49,068 bases of DNA from Candidatus Methanosuratincola thermotaenarum (GCA_038801655.1 JAULTB010000001.1:1-49068), one strand, 5' to 3'; shown: positions 6,875-16,814, counted from the first letter of the stretch. Program-made: numbers and translations. Notes: generated by a model not told the origin, from the letters alone.

Positions 6875-7303
6875 TCATTGGGCGGGGGTTCGCCTCTTCA
6901 CCCTCACAAATCCAGTAGTTCCATCCACCTCGACCCAGTCCCCGCTCCTGATCTCGGATATTGGATCTGCGTTGAGCCTGTCGACAAGTGGGATCTCGGC
7001 GAGTATGCACCCGGAGGCGATTATCGCCTCCGTCTCCACATTTATTATAGCCGCAGGTGCATGTCCGTTCTTCCTCAGCTGGTAGATGACATAAGAGCCG
7101 ACTGTGCTGCCCTTTCCCTTCGGGAACACGAGCACCTTGTTAGTTACGTCCTTGCCGAGGAGCTCATGGTCCCTCTCCCTGATTTTCCCCGTGTCTGGAT
7201 CCACGCCGCCGAAGAAAGATACCCCCTGCCTGGTGACGAGGGCCTCTCCTTCCCCCCTGAACTTTGCAACCCCCCTGCCCCTGAAGACCGCCTCATCCAC
7301 CAT
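6875..7303 (-). CDS. Aconitase X swivel-domain protein (phosphomevalonate dehydratase small subunit)
   Basis: 142 aa. It carries the DUF126-type blocks GEALV...GVSFFGGVDPDTGKI, KVLVFPKGKGSTVGSYVIYQL and APAAII. It overlaps the large-subunit gene by 11 nt. Confidence 0.8.
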   Translation of the reverse strand: MVDEAVFRGRGVAKFRGEGEALVTRQGVSFFGGVDPDTGKIRERDHELLGKDVTNKVLVFPKGKGSTVGSYVIYQLRKNGHAPAAIINVETEAIIASGCILAEIPLVDRLNADPISEIRSGDWVEVDGTTGFVRVKRRTPAQ

Positions 7304-8495
7304 TATCCATCACCCTTGCCACTGCCTCGCGCAGCTCGGCTACCGTCGCCTTCATTCCTGAGGTTGACGGGACGTAGTGTGCAGCCTTGCACGAGTCCGT
7401 GACCATGTGCCTGAAACCTGCCCTTCCGAGAGGGCAGACCACCATGCATGTGTCGGTGAAGACCCTTCCCCCGGCCTCCTCAATCGTGCGGACATGCCCT
7501 GCCCTCTCGCCCTCTTCCTTGACCTTCTTCGAGGTCCAGACCCATAGCGCCTTGCCATGGGCGACTCTCTTCCCCTTCACCAGCCTTGCCACCTCCTCCA
7601 GCTCTTCATGGCTGCAGTGGGGGCAACCGATGCAGCAGAGATCTGGTTCGCCGTCGCAAGTGAGCGCTTCGCGGCAATCCTCAAGGTCACGTGCCACTAC
7701 CGCCACCCGCTCCAGCCCTCTGCACTGCCATCTCCCGGCCTCGGGCGTGACCCCAGGGATGTGGAACATTGCGATCCCTCCGGACGCCGCGAGAGCTGCG
7801 GACATGATCTTGAGATCATCTCGGTCAGCACAGCGTATACCTTCGAAGAGCGGCACCCCGGTACCGATCCTCCTTCCGACAGCATACCCAAGGAGGCTGA
7901 AATCGTGCCTCGTCCTCAACTCCGCCTGGACATCGATAATCACCGTCGGCGCCCGGTTCTCGTCCAGGTGGAGCCCGTACATGGGAGCCCTCCCTACGAT
8001 GGCCGCTGCGAGCGCGGATGGGCCACCCTCCCTGTTCGTCCTCGCCCCTATCACAGAGTTCGCGTAGCAGACGGCGGACGACTCGGACCAGGCTATATGA
8101 TCTCCCTCCTTCGGTAGGTTCCCTACCAGGTACGGGGTGCATGTGCAGGTCGTGATCGCACCCATCCTCCTGAAAGCCTCGATGATCCTCAGCTGCTTCG
8201 CCCGGTAGGATTCGTCAACCCCCATCTCCTTCCACCTTTCCAGGTCCATCCCGCATGGGTTGAGCGTGGTCGGGACCCTCACCCTGGCGCCGTTCTCGGA
8301 CCAGTCCTCCAAGAGCTGGAGCCCAGCCTCCCCTATGTTCCCATATGAGACCCCGGAGACCTGAGCACTCGTGACCTTCACCATCCTCTCCGCGCCCATG
8401 ACCTCCCCGATAGCCACAAGTAGCTCCATCGCCTTCTTCGCCGCAGCCCCTTCCCTGCCGTTTAGAATCCCTTCTTCTTCGCTATCTAGATGCAA
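7293..8495 (-). CDS. Aconitase X catalytic-domain protein (phosphomevalonate dehydratase large subunit)
   Basis: 400 aa. It carries the DUF521-type blocks AMELLVAIGEVMGAERMV, VRVPTTLNPCGMD, CTCTPY and SESSAVCYANSVIGARTNREGG. Confidence 0.82.
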   Translation of the reverse strand: MHLDSEEEGILNGREGAAAKKAMELLVAIGEVMGAERMVKVTSAQVSGVSYGNIGEAGLQLLEDWSENGARVRVPTTLNPCGMDLERWKEMGVDESYRAKQLRIIEAFRRMGAITTCTCTPYLVGNLPKEGDHIAWSESSAVCYANSVIGARTNREGGPSALAAAIVGRAPMYGLHLDENRAPTVIIDVQAELRTRHDFSLLGYAVGRRIGTGVPLFEGIRCADRDDLKIMSAALAASGGIAMFHIPGVTPEAGRWQCRGLERVAVVARDLEDCREALTCDGEPDLCCIGCPHCSHEELEEVARLVKGKRVAHGKALWVWTSKKVKEEGERAGHVRTIEEAGGRVFTDTCMVVCPLGRAGFRHMVTDSCKAAHYVPSTSGMKATVAELREAVARVMDNGG

Positions 8496-8556
8496 TGCAC
8501 GGCCCCCAATCGCTTGTAAATTCTTTCATAAACTGTGCCTGCACCCTCAGCCTCCT

Positions 8557-9888
8557 CTATTTCTTTTCAGCCCCCCCATCCCTAGTAAACTCGGGTATTG
8601 CGGCCCGCAAGAATTTCTCCTTTGGCTTGCTCCAGGGGATGGTCGCATCGATTGCGAGCTTTGCCGTAAGTATATTGGTCTGGTCTGATGAAGGATCAAG
8701 CGTCGAGCCCCTCGCCCCATCAATTAGCGTGAGATCACTGTCCCCTTGGAACCTGGTGGCGATCGCCCATTCCACTTCCTCGGGGCTGTCGATGTCCACG
8801 TCCTCGTCGACCACTACGACGTGCTTGAGGCTGGGGTTAGATCCGAGTGCTGCCAGCGCCGCGTTCTTGCCGTCGCCGTCTGCTTGCTTCTTTATTGATA
8901 CCACGGCGTGGAACCAGCAGCAGCCGCCTGGGGTGAGCCTCACGCCCTTGACCTTCGGGACTGCCTTCTGGATCGCCTCGTACATCCTGACTTCCTTGGG
9001 GATCCCCATGAGCAGCTTGTGCTCGCTCCCGCCTGGGAGCAGCGCCTGGTAGATCGCATCCCGCCTCCTCATCACCCTATTGATCCTGACTACCGGCTGC
9101 TTTCTCACTATGTCGTAAGTGCCTGTTAGATCAACGAAGGGTCCCTCGTCAGCAGTCTCTCCAGCGCTTATCTCGCCCTGGAGCACGAACTCAGCGTCCC
9201 ATGGGACGCTGATGTCCACGTCCGGGCACTTCACGACCTTCATCCTTCCCCCGAGCAGGGAGTTGGCGACCCAGAGCTCGTTGACCTTGTAGTCCGGTCC
9301 AGAGTTGACCCCCACCATCACTGCAGGGTGAGTCCCGATTACAATTGCGACCTGGAGATCCTTGCCAAGCATCGCGGCGTCCTCTCTCATTGCGTAGAGG
9401 TGCCTCGGCACTATCCTTATCGCCAACCTGTCCTTGCCGAGGACCAGCATCCTGTGCACAGAGGCGTTCTGGAAGCTGCCATCCGCGCTCCTCGCCACCA
9501 CTATACCTGAGGTTATGTACTTCCCGGGATCCTTCTCGTAGTGCCTGAAGATCGGAAGCCCCTCCAAGTCCGGCGTCTCGGAAACCTCCATGACAGGTCC
9601 GCTCTCTACCAGCTCAGGCGGCTTAGGGTTCTGGACCGCCCAGGAAACCCTCCTGTAGTAAGTTTCCTTGTCTGCGCCTATTGCCCTGTATATCCTTTCG
9701 CGCGATCCGCAGACCCCAGCCACCGCTTGGTAACTGTGCCCTTTCAGCCTCCTGAATACCAGGATCGGCCCACCGTCGTGCCTCTTCATTATGGCGGCAG
9801 CCTCGTAATCTGTCGACACCTCCTCCTCGATCTCGAGCACTGCCCCAGCGGCGGCTCGTTCTGCCTCTATGAACTCCCTAAGACTCAA
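8557..9888 (-). CDS. UbiD-family decarboxylase (candidate trans-anhydromevalonate-5-phosphate decarboxylase)
   Basis: 443 aa with UbiD-like blocks [37 protein letters not shown] and [26 protein letters not shown]. It lies directly upstream of the AcnX pair on the same strand. Confidence 0.78.
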   Translation of the reverse strand: MSLREFIEAERAAAGAVLEIEEEVSTDYEAAAIMKRHDGGPILVFRRLKGHSYQAVAGVCGSRERIYRAIGADKETYYRRVSWAVQNPKPPELVESGPVMEVSETPDLEGLPIFRHYEKDPGKYITSGIVVARSADGSFQNASVHRMLVLGKDRLAIRIVPRHLYAMREDAAMLGKDLQVAIVIGTHPAVMVGVNSGPDYKVNELWVANSLLGGRMKVVKCPDVDISVPWDAEFVLQGEISAGETADEGPFVDLTGTYDIVRKQPVVRINRVMRRRDAIYQALLPGGSEHKLLMGIPKEVRMYEAIQKAVPKVKGVRLTPGGCCWFHAVVSIKKQADGDGKNAALAALGSNPSLKHVVVVDEDVDIDSPEEVEWAIATRFQGDSDLTLIDGARGSTLDPSSDQTNILTAKLAIDATIPWSKPKEKFLRAAIPEFTRDGGAEKK

Positions 9889-10043
9889 AAAATTGACCTC
9901 CGAGGCTGATATTAATCGGCATTAAGGGGCTAAATCCTTTTTGCAATTTTCGTGTAAGCCTTCCTTTTTTGTTCTCAGTTTTGTTCCCCGCACAAGTTGC
10001 TTCTTAGCCTAGTAGGCAGTACAGGTTCAAATCCAACGCGCCG

Positions 10044-12029
10044 TTGTATGGATTATCTCGAGCACCATCCGACAGCGTTAAATCGCCCAAAACGGTCTTT
10101 TATCGCTTGGAGCAACCCCAGTTGATTTCCAAGTGGCGATACTTCCCTTATCCATCATTCAAGCCTAACCAGGAGGAGCTGCTTAGGGTAGTCTCCGAGG
10201 CGGTTGAGAAGCGATCGCATGCCGTAGTGGACGGCGCAAGCGGTCTCGGAAAGACCGCTGGCTCTCTCGCGGGAGCCCTCCAGGCGTGCAAGCCTGCGGG
10301 TCTCCGGATACTCTATGCCGCAAGGACCTACAAGGAACTCGACAGGGTGATCGAAGAGCTCGCCGAGATAAGCAATAGGGAGAAGGTGACGGGGATCTCG
10401 ATCCGTGGGAGGGCGGAGATGTGCGTCAACGACGCCGTGCTCCGGCTGTCTAGGGACCCCCGGACGGTCTCCGAGCTCTGCTCTGACCTCATAAAGAGCA
10501 GGAAGTGCCCCTACCACGAGAACATTGAGGAGGAGGGCAAGACGGTGAAGTACCTGATTGAAGATCTCCTCGAGTCCCCCACGGCTGCCTTCGACCTCAT
10601 CTCCCAGTCCAAGGAAAATGAGCTCTGCCCATACGAGATGACCAAGCTCATCCTCCCACATATGGACGTTGTGGCGCTTAGCTATGCCTACCTTTTCAAC
10701 AGGGAGATCAGGGACACATTTGTGAAGCGCCTTGGACAGTCCATATCCCAATACGTGGTGATACTCGACGAGGCGCACAACCTCCCCGAGACTGTCAACG
10801 AGTACGAGAGCGACAGGATCTCGGTCAGCTCAATACTGCTCTGCTCGAGAGAGGCTGACAACTACGGCAAGGCGGATGTCGTGAGGTTTGCAGAGTCCGT
10901 GCTGTCGATAGTCGAAGGTAAGGGTTTCGGCGAGCATGTGGTGGATCTCAAGTCGGTTGCTGAACAGGCCTTGAAGTCCGCGAGAGTTAGCGAATCGTTG
11001 CCTATCTTCCTCGAGGAGGTCCACGAGTTCGGGGAGCGGATCAAGATGGACCTCCTCTCGAAGGGTAGGATACCGAGATCCTACATCCACCGCCTCGGCG
11101 AGTTCTTCCTCAGGGCGTACGAAACCTCGGGGAGGAAGGAATTCGTCCACATAATTCACAGTGAAGAGGGGGAGGGGTCCAAGACCGTCGAGATTGTCTC
11201 ACTCGACCCGAGGACCTCAACCTCTGATCTCATAAACGCCGCAGCCGCAACCGTGAGCATGTCCGGGACTCTTGAAGATATGGAAGCATACGCCTCTGTG
11301 ATGGGGTTGCCTGGATCCACGGTCAAGACTGCCCTCCCCTCGCCCTTCAGCAGGGAACAGACTCTTGTACTGGTCTGCCGGGGCGTCTCAACCCTCTACG
11401 AACAGCGCGGCAAGGAGTCCTACTCCACAATGGTGTCGAAGATCTCGGAGGTCGTCTCAAACACCCCGGGGAACACGGGCATTTTCTGCTCATCCTACGG
11501 AGTGATGGAGGGCCTTATCGAGGCTGGGATTGAGTCGGCGGTCCGGAAGCCACTCTACGTAGAGCAGCAGAAGGTAAGGTCGCTCGACCAGGACCGGCTA
11601 ATCGAGGAGTACAAGTCGATGTCCCGTTCAGGTGGCGCAGTCCTCCTCGGCGTGACCGGAGGGAGATTCAGTGAGGGGGAGGATTATCCCGGGGACGAGA
11701 TGAACTCAGTCATAATAGTGGGGGTGCCTTACCCGAAACCCACCGCGAAGGTCAACGCCCAGATAAGCTACTACGAGTCTATCTTCCCGGGGAGGGGCAG
11801 GGAATACGCTTACACCATTCCTGCGATGAGGAAAGCCTCGCAGGCAGCAGGCAGACCCTTCAGGAACCTGGGGGACAGGGGAGTGGTCGTCTTCATGGAT
11901 TACCGTTTCGCTTCGCCCTACCTGCGCCGCCTCCTCCCCGCCTGGATCAGGGAGCGCATCATTCCTGTAGAGGACCGCAAGGGCATCCTCTCGCGCCTGA
12001 TCAGCGGCTTCTACATGGGGAAAGGCTGA
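10044..12029 (+). CDS. xpd: XPD/Rad3-type 5'-3' DNA helicase with Fe-S domain
   Basis: It has Walker A VDGASGLGKT and DEAH box LDEAHNL. The Fe-S cysteines are MCVND...CSDLIKSRKCPY...LCPYE, and the C-terminus has helicase motifs (GRFSEGEDY, VGVPYP). The start is uncertain: in-frame TTG codons at 10107 and 10122 would give the usual ...WRYFPYP N-terminus. Confidence 0.88.
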   Translation: MYGLSRAPSDSVKSPKTVFYRLEQPQLISKWRYFPYPSFKPNQEELLRVVSEAVEKRSHAVVDGASGLGKTAGSLAGALQACKPAGLRILYAARTYKELDRVIEELAEISNREKVTGISIRGRAEMCVNDAVLRLSRDPRTVSELCSDLIKSRKCPYHENIEEEGKTVKYLIEDLLESPTAAFDLISQSKENELCPYEMTKLILPHMDVVALSYAYLFNREIRDTFVKRLGQSISQYVVILDEAHNLPETVNEYESDRISVSSILLCSREADNYGKADVVRFAESVLSIVEGKGFGEHVVDLKSVAEQALKSARVSESLPIFLEEVHEFGERIKMDLLSKGRIPRSYIHRLGEFFLRAYETSGRKEFVHIIHSEEGEGSKTVEIVSLDPRTSTSDLINAAAATVSMSGTLEDMEAYASVMGLPGSTVKTALPSPFSREQTLVLVCRGVSTLYEQRGKESYSTMVSKISEVVSNTPGNTGIFCSSYGVMEGLIEAGIESAVRKPLYVEQQKVRSLDQDRLIEEYKSMSRSGGAVLLGVTGGRFSEGEDYPGDEMNSVIIVGVPYPKPTAKVNAQISYYESIFPGRGREYAYTIPAMRKASQAAGRPFRNLGDRGVVVFMDYRFASPYLRRLLPAWIRERIIPVEDRKGILSRLISGFYMGKG

Positions 12030-12167
12030 TCCCTCCGGGGCTTAGCCCGCCAGCGCTGGTGAGATGTTTGTCGATAATGTATTGGCTGCAGTATGAAGCG
12101 ACCCCTTTTGTAAGGTCTGATGCGGGCTCTGGAGAAAGCGTCAAAAGCGAAATGCGAAATAGTTGGC

Positions 12168-12876
12168 ATGAAGGGGGGGCAAAGAGCTGATCCGGGGAGG
12201 CATTCTGTCAACTGGCTGCGCTGAGCTAGACTCACTTCTGGAGGGAGGGCTGAAGCCGGGCGAGATCGTACTTGCCTTCGGTGAACGGGGGTCCGGAAAG
12301 ACATCGTTAGTATTCCAGGCTGCCGCCTCCGTCGCCTCTTCCGGGTCTGGAAGCGTCATAATTTACTCCGAAGGGCGCCTCCCGCTGGGCCGCCTTTCAG
12401 AGATCTCGGGCGAAGGCTGGCAGCAGATGAGCGAGAAGATATGGATCGTCGAGGTGAAGAGTTTCGAGCAGCAGGACTCTGTGGTCGAGATGCTGGAAAC
12501 CAGCCTGCCGCCTGGCACGTCGCTGCTCGTGCTGGACTCGGCGACTGGGATGTATGGGGCTGAGCTTGGGGAATACGACGAAAATATACTTGCCAACAAG
12601 ATCCTCAACAGGCAGCTAGCGATAGTGAAGGACCTGGCAAGGAGGAGAAGCTTGGCAGTTCTGATCACCAGCGAGGTGAGGGACGTTCCTGACGGGAGTG
12701 GGGCGGTGCCTGTCGCCTCAGCGATACTCACTTACTGGTCCGACAGGGTACTAAGGCTTGAGCGGATCCACGGGGAAGTCAGGAAGGCGTCTCTTCTCAA
12801 GCCGCCCCCGAGGCGTGAGGCATTAATAAGGCTTACATCAAGAGGTTTCTCCGGAATGGGTACCGTAAATGACTGA
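12168..12876 (+). CDS. radB: RadB (RecA/RadA paralogue) interrupted by a +1 frameshift in a G7 run
   Basis: The track ORF begins at ATG 12427, but the same frame is open back to 12172. That upstream part encodes ...KELIRGGILSTGCAELDSLLEGGLKPGEIVLAFGERGSGKTSLVFQ (RadB N-terminus plus Walker A) and contains no ATG, GTG or TTG. The only ATG (12168) is in the neighbouring frame and is followed by AAG-G7 (12173-12179). Removing one G fuses MKGG to KELIRGG... Walker B is LLVLDSAT. Confidence 0.8.
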
Positions 12877-13351
12877 CCTCCTCGCCCTTGCATTCTCCTC
12901 GTTCGTGATCATAATGCCCGCATTCATTGCAAACTCGGTCCCGGTCTTGGCGAGGGGGCGGCACCCGATGGATTTCGGGAAGATGATGAGAGACGGGCGT
13001 AGGGTGCTGGGGGATGGAAAGACCTTCGAGGGCTTCCTGGCCGGGCTATTTATGGGCACCTTGGCAGGGGCATTGTTCGGCTACCCGCTCCACTCCTTTC
13101 TCCTCGCTTTCGGTGCCCTTTCTGGGGACATCCTCGGAGCATTCATAAAGCGCAGGATCGGGATCGAGAGGGGGCACCCCGCCCCGATCCTCGACCAGCT
13201 GGACTTTGTAGCAGGGGCTTTGCTCTTCCTTTACCCTGTTTACCAGGTCGCGCTCGACCAAATGTTATTCATCATATTAGTTACTCCGCCGATCCACCTG
13301 CTGACCAATTACATCGCCTACCGTTTGGGTCTTAAAAAATACCCGTGGTGA
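12869..13351 (+). CDS. carS: CDP-archaeol synthase
   Basis: 160 aa membrane protein with blocks PAFIANSVPVLARG, PMDFGKMMRDGRRVLGDGKTFEGFLAGL, GDILGAFIKRRIGIERG and PILDQLDF. It overlaps the end of radB by 8 nt. Confidence 0.82.
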   Translation: MTDLLALAFSSFVIIMPAFIANSVPVLARGRHPMDFGKMMRDGRRVLGDGKTFEGFLAGLFMGTLAGALFGYPLHSFLLAFGALSGDILGAFIKRRIGIERGHPAPILDQLDFVAGALLFLYPVYQVALDQMLFIILVTPPIHLLTNYIAYRLGLKKYPW

Positions 13352-13362
13352 AAAAGAATTAA

Positions 13363-13722
13363 TCAGTAGAGCTTTGCCCTAAGCAGGTACTCCATCAGTA
13401 ACACTGCAATGAGGATAAGCGCCGTGCCAGCCACGAACTTGAGCTTTGAGCCCTCGAGATCAAATGACCTGTGCATCGACCTTTCCAGTAACACAAAGCC
13501 CAGCGTTCCCGCCAAGGTTAGGAAGAATATCACGAAGAACTCTGTAGAGGTCTGGCTGCTGCTCGACCTGACCAGGAAACTTGACCCTGTGCCCGTCGAT
13601 ATCATGGCGCTTGGCTCCATCACGATCAGGTAGATCCCGCCGCTCGTGAGGAACATGGTGAAAATGGCAGCGAGATAAGCCAGGTTTTTCCTGGAGAACA
13701 ACTCCCTGTACAAGCATGCCAC
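13363..13722 (-). CDS. Small membrane protein, unknown function
   Basis: There are three hydrophobic segments: LAYLAAIFTMFLTSGGIYLIVM, FFVIFFLTLAGTLGFVLL and FVAGTALILIAVLLMEYLL. The track ORF extends to 13827, but that part lies in AT-rich promoter-like DNA. I picked the GTG at 13722 as the start; two in-frame TTG codons follow it and could be the start instead. Confidence 0.5.
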   Translation of the reverse strand: MACLYRELFSRKNLAYLAAIFTMFLTSGGIYLIVMEPSAMISTGTGSSFLVRSSSSQTSTEFFVIFFLTLAGTLGFVLLERSMHRSFDLEGSKLKFVAGTALILIAVLLMEYLLRAKLY

Positions 13723-13863
13723 CGTCAGATGAGTGTCGCGGTTGCATCTATTATTCTTATTGGTCAGCCCTAATATGTAACTTATGTAAACTATAAAAAA
13801 ATTATCATTTATGCGTTGTACATGCATAAATTACATATATAGCCGCGTAATGAAGGGTAGGCG

Positions 13864-15108
13864 GTGTCTCATATTCACCCCTCCAAGGACATAGTCTGCT
13901 CAAAGAGCCGGCTAATCGCGGGGAAGCGTATAGCATTAGGCATCTGCGGCAGCGTAGCGTGCATAAAGTCGCCCGAGATTGCCCGCGAGCTCATGCGCCA
14001 CGGAGGGGAAGTTTGGGTCGTAATGACCGATGCTGCCCGACAATTGATCTCCCCAGACCTAATGGAGTGGGCGACTGGAAACCCTGTCGTAACCAGGCTA
14101 ACAGGCGGGATCGAGCATGTGGCGCTCGGTCACGGGGGCGAGGGGAGCGCCGATCTCGTACTAATCGCCCCAGCCACCGCCAACACAATCGGCAAGATTG
14201 CGGCAGGTATAGATGACACGCCGGTAACCTCTCTTGCGACGACCGCGATAGGAGCGGGCATCCCGATGATAGTCGCGCCCGCGATGCACGCGAGCATGTA
14301 CCGCCACCCTGCAGTCCTCGAGAACATCAAGAGGCTGCAGTCAATGGGCATACGTGTGCTGCTCCCTGAGGTAACTGAGGGGAAGGCAAAGCTCATCGAT
14401 TGGAATGCGATCGTCGAGGAGGTTATCACAGCCCTCCGCCCGAAGGACATGGCTGGGCTAAGGGTGCTCGTGACATCTGGCCCGACGCGCACGTATATGG
14501 ACCGCATACGCTTCCTGACGAACTCGAGCTCGGGAAAGATGGGGTTTGCGTTTGCTGCCGAGGCTGCGGCGAGGAGCGCGGAAGTCACACTCATAACTGG
14601 TCCGGTTGATGCCCCGAAGTTGAATGCTAGGGTGATATCGGTCGAGACCACCCGCGAGATGAGGGATGCCGTAATCAAGGAGCTCTCGGATTCTGCCTAC
14701 GACCTGCTTGTGATGGCTGCTGCCCCCTTGGACTTTGAGTTTCACCGAGTATTCGACGGGAAGATCTCAAGCGAAGCCCCAATCGACCTGAGGCTCGTCC
14801 CTGTTCCCAAGATCCTTGCAGAGGCAAAGCGGGCATCCCCACGCACTTTTGTCATTGGTTTCAAGGCCGAATATGGGCTTACGAAAGATGAGCTGGTGTC
14901 AAGGGCACTCGCAAGACTTGTCGATTCAGGATGCGACATGATTGTTGCCAATGACCTTTCACTTCCAGGCAGGGGTTTCATGTCTGAGACCAACGAGACA
15001 TACATTGTCTTCCCCGAAGGCTCGATTTCACATGTGCCGCTGAAGTCGAAGAGGGAAGTCGCCGGCGAGGTGCTCGATCTATACCTAAGGAGGGCTGGGA
15101 TTTGCTGA
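13864..15108 (+). CDS. coaBC: Bifunctional phosphopantothenoylcysteine decarboxylase / phosphopantothenate-cysteine ligase
   Basis: 414 aa. The flavoprotein half has GICGSVACIKSPEIARELMRHG and APATANTIGKIA. The ligase half has VTSGPTRTYMDRIRFLTNSSSGKMG. A TATATA element lies about 24 nt upstream of the GTG start. Confidence 0.9.
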   Translation: MSHIHPSKDIVCSKSRLIAGKRIALGICGSVACIKSPEIARELMRHGGEVWVVMTDAARQLISPDLMEWATGNPVVTRLTGGIEHVALGHGGEGSADLVLIAPATANTIGKIAAGIDDTPVTSLATTAIGAGIPMIVAPAMHASMYRHPAVLENIKRLQSMGIRVLLPEVTEGKAKLIDWNAIVEEVITALRPKDMAGLRVLVTSGPTRTYMDRIRFLTNSSSGKMGFAFAAEAAARSAEVTLITGPVDAPKLNARVISVETTREMRDAVIKELSDSAYDLLVMAAAPLDFEFHRVFDGKISSEAPIDLRLVPVPKILAEAKRASPRTFVIGFKAEYGLTKDELVSRALARLVDSGCDMIVANDLSLPGRGFMSETNETYIVFPEGSISHVPLKSKREVAGEVLDLYLRRAGIC

Positions 15109-16055
15109 GCCAAGGGGAGGCCATCACCGGAGAGGGATACGCCCCTGCCCACATTACGGGCTTCTTCACGATATGCAGGGCAGAAGAGCCAATCCGATCA
15201 GGATCGACCGGGGCAGGGGTCTGCATAGCAGGCGGGGTCAGGACCAGGCTTTTGGCACTGGAGGGGCACCCGCCTGGATTCGAGCTTAGCTGCAACGGCT
15301 CTCCGATCTCTTCCCAGACATGCAGCTACGTGGCATCCAAGATGATTCCCCAGCAAGAGAGGTACGCTGTTGTCGCTGATCAGGAATCGGTCTTGCCAGC
15401 TAACTATGGTTATGGGATAAGCGGCTCCTCGGCGCTGAGCCTAGCCATCTCGATCAATCGCGCCTTCAAGATGGGGATGAACCTTAGAGATACCGCCTCC
15501 GTTGCACACGCCGCCGAGGTCGTGAATGCTACCGGGCTCGGAGACGTGCTTGCAGAGGTAGTCGGTGGTCTGGAAGTGAGAACTAGCCCCGGAGGTCCGG
15601 GCATTGGGGTGGCAAGGCAGATCCCATTGAGCAAGGACTATGTGGTCATCTCCACACCGGTATCCGAATACCAGACAAGTTCAATGATCACTGAACGATC
15701 CATCGTGAACCGTATAAACCGACTTGGTAAGCAGGCGCTTGAGGCTTTCCTCGAGAGCCCCACGATCGAGAGCTTCATGCTCGAATCCAGGAGATTCTGG
15801 GACGGCGTCGGCTTATCCAACAACATGATCCGAGCCATGCTGAGGAGGTACGAGGCAGCGGGAGTTACCCCATCTGCGAAGAAGGGTCTCGTCTTCGCGA
15901 TCGTTGAGCGCGATCAGCTCAAAAAGGCTGTCATGTCGCTTGCCGAAGTTAATCTTGAATTCGAATCGACCCCAGTCAATCTGAAAATGCCTGGGGGTTT
16001 CAAGCTGATAGTCTCTGAAATTCACAGGAGTGGAATGGAATGGGAGTCCGTCTGA
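15102..16055 (+). CDS. Pantoate kinase (archaeal GHMP-family kinase of CoA synthesis)
   Basis: 317 aa with APAHITGFF near the N-terminus and the GHMP motif GYGISGSSALSLA. It overlaps coaBC by 7 nt and the next gene by 16 nt. Confidence 0.75.
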   Translation: MLSQGEAITGEGYAPAHITGFFTICRAEEPIRSGSTGAGVCIAGGVRTRLLALEGHPPGFELSCNGSPISSQTCSYVASKMIPQQERYAVVADQESVLPANYGYGISGSSALSLAISINRAFKMGMNLRDTASVAHAAEVVNATGLGDVLAEVVGGLEVRTSPGGPGIGVARQIPLSKDYVVISTPVSEYQTSSMITERSIVNRINRLGKQALEAFLESPTIESFMLESRRFWDGVGLSNNMIRAMLRRYEAAGVTPSAKKGLVFAIVERDQLKKAVMSLAEVNLEFESTPVNLKMPGGFKLIVSEIHRSGMEWESV

Positions 16056-16813
16056 AAATACCGAAAAACCATGTGAGGGCAGCCTCACTACTGATAAGAG
16101 AAAGGCTCGTCGAAGGGGAAGAGAAGAACGTCGTCACAAAGTCCGGGCTGATCGCACACGGGAGGGGGGAAGCTTTCGACTACCTCATTGGGGAGGCGAC
16201 GACCCACGCGGCCCTATTCGCAACAAGGGCAGCCGCAGCTGCGCTCCTCCTTGCCTCGAACCCTGTCATATCAGTAAACGGAAATGCGGCTGCACTCGTC
16301 CCGCACGAGCTAGTCAGGCTATCTGAGGCGGTGCCTGCCCCTCTGGAGGTCAACCTTTTCTACAGGACTAGGGCGAGGGAGATCGCGGTCAGGGATTCGC
16401 TAAAGGCGGCAGGCGCCAAGCGTGTCCTTGGGGTTGGTCGGGCGGCTAGCGCGAGGATCCCTGAGCTCTTCAGCGAGAGGCGTAAGGTCGATCCCAGGGG
16501 GATCTACGCGGCGGATGTCGTTCTCGTCCCGCTTGAGGACGGCGACAGGACAATGGCCCTGAAGAAGATGAACAAATACGTGATAACCATTGACCTGAAC
16601 CCGCTCTCGAGGACCGCCCAGACCGCAGACATAACTATAGTCGACAACATGATACGCGCGCTGCCCAACTTGGTCTCCGCCGTGGAAGAGCTAAGGTCCC
16701 AGGACAGGTCGGTCCTGAATGAGATCCTCGAAGGATTCGACAACAGGAAGAACCTCTCCAGCATGCTCGTCCACATAAGGGACCGACTAACCAGACTAGC
16801 AGAGGAACAGTAA
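16040..16813 (+). CDS. Phosphopantothenate synthetase (4-phosphopantoate--beta-alanine ligase)
   Basis: 257 aa. It has the characteristic LIAHGRGEAFDYLIGE, PVISVNGNAAAL and ITIDLNPLSRTA blocks of the archaeal PPS family. Confidence 0.8.
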   Translation: MGVRLKIPKNHVRAASLLIRERLVEGEEKNVVTKSGLIAHGRGEAFDYLIGEATTHAALFATRAAAAALLLASNPVISVNGNAAALVPHELVRLSEAVPAPLEVNLFYRTRAREIAVRDSLKAAGAKRVLGVGRAASARIPELFSERRKVDPRGIYAADVVLVPLEDGDRTMALKKMNKYVITIDLNPLSRTAQTADITIVDNMIRALPNLVSAVEELRSQDRSVLNEILEGFDNRKNLSSMLVHIRDRLTRLAEEQ

Positions 16814-16814
16814 T

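Noticed and set aside
10024-10034. tRNA-like T-loop string GGTTCAAATCC in the UbiD/XPD spacer (possible tRNA, or an att-site remnant of an integrated element)
   Set aside because: The flanking bases do not form a T-stem beyond 2 bp. No acceptor or anticodon arms can be built on either strand. There is no integrase and no second copy in the window.
12011-12359. Minus-strand ORFs 12011..12304 and 12141..12359 in the apparent gap before the track's radB ORF
   Set aside because: The plus strand here encodes the RadB N-terminus with Walker A (frame open from 12172). The antisense ORFs are Pro/Arg/Ser-rich shadows.
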